From a virus (lineage: Duplodnaviria; Caudoviricetes), in the IMG/VR virus record IMGVR_UViG_3300025280_000143, positions 1 to 26,043 of that record: a stretch of DNA of 26,043 bases. One strand, given 5' to 3'. The notes beneath the pieces were generated by a model that was not told where the DNA came from, searched no databases, and was given only the letters and a program-made list of their open reading frames with translations. Within the stretch, counting starts at the first letter, position 1. The number at the start of each line of letters is the position of its first letter. Of the stretch, positions 25,617 to 26,043 are shown piece by piece. A program made the translations under genes and the position numbers.

Positions 25617-26043
25617 TTTGCGACCAATTCTATCCCGGCGGTAGCGATGTCGCCCATGTCTATACACGATGGCGTGACTCCGATGGTAACCTCGTTGAGC
25701 ATATCCGAGACGACTACAAGCCGTACTTTTGGATACCGGAGAACGCGCCGGATTACCAAGTGCGTAACGCCATGAAGCGTTACCCCGGTAGTGAGTGCGA
25801 ACCCGACACGAAGGCTGTTGGTCTTCACGGGGAGCAACTCAAGTGTATGGTAGTCAACACACCAAAGGATATTGCAGACATGCGTGGTATGTTCAACAAG
25901 ACATGGGAAGCGGACATTCGGTTCCCCGACAGGTATCTCATTGACAACCATGCGGAGATGCCACGATGGACACCGCGCAAGTGGTGGTTTGATATTGAGT
26001 GCGACCCCGAGACGAAGGCCACTACGGTCATCGCTGTTGTGGG
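25613..26043 (+). CDS. polB: Family B DNA polymerase, N-terminal part (3'-truncated, not in ORF track)
   Basis: My translation from ATG 25613 gives YKPYFWI, TWEADIRFPDRYLID and Exo I WWFDIE. The frame is open to the window end. Confidence 0.93.
   Translation, partial: MICDQFYPGGSDVAHVYTRWRDSDGNLVEHIRDDYKPYFWIPENAPDYQVRNAMKRYPGSECEPDTKAVGLHGEQLKCMVVNTPKDIADMRGMFNKTWEADIRFPDRYLIDNHAEMPRWTPRKWWFDIECDPETKATTVIAVV

Noticed and set aside
117-26031. All minus-strand ORFs in the track
   Set aside because: They are shadows of a continuous, coupled + strand gene chain and show no recognisable motifs.
1-26043. tRNA, rRNA, integrase, transposase or virion structural genes
   Set aside because: None is recognisable by eye. 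The intergenic hairpins do not form cloverleaves.

Overview
A 26 kb segment of a tailed archaeal virus genome. It most resembles the viruses of Marine Group II Euryarchaeota/Poseidoniales (magroviruses) or their halovirus-like relatives; the host is an inference. All credible genes lie on the + strand, are tightly coupled by ATGA/GTGA overlaps and carry archaeal GGAGGTGA-type ribosome-binding sites. The left and middle (1-17.3 kb) form an early/accessory region with many small acidic and CxxC proteins, an ArdA anti-restriction protein, an XPB/SSL2-like SF2 helicase, a SNF2 helicase with two HARP-like domains, a short C5 DNA methyltransferase, a DUF932-family protein and an archaeal-type PCNA. 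The right end (20.3-26 kb) is a replication block: RFC small subunit, RPA/SSB-like OB-fold protein, Sak4/RadA-like ATPase, a second divergent clamp-like protein and the 5' end of a family B DNA polymerase. Between them (17.3-20.25 kb) is the most unusual module: wHTH-like, PC4-like and Zn-finger proteins, an ATP-dependent DNA ligase homologue lacking its catalytic lysine, and a degenerate LAGLIDADG-like protein, followed by an AT-rich inverted-repeat tract. Non-coding signals include three copies of a 19-35 bp promoter-like element, G-U-rich intergenic hairpins, direct repeats flanking single genes, a hidden gene with no canonical start codon, and apparent avoidance of five 4-bp palindromes. 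All protein assignments are from motif recognition by eye; no searches were run.
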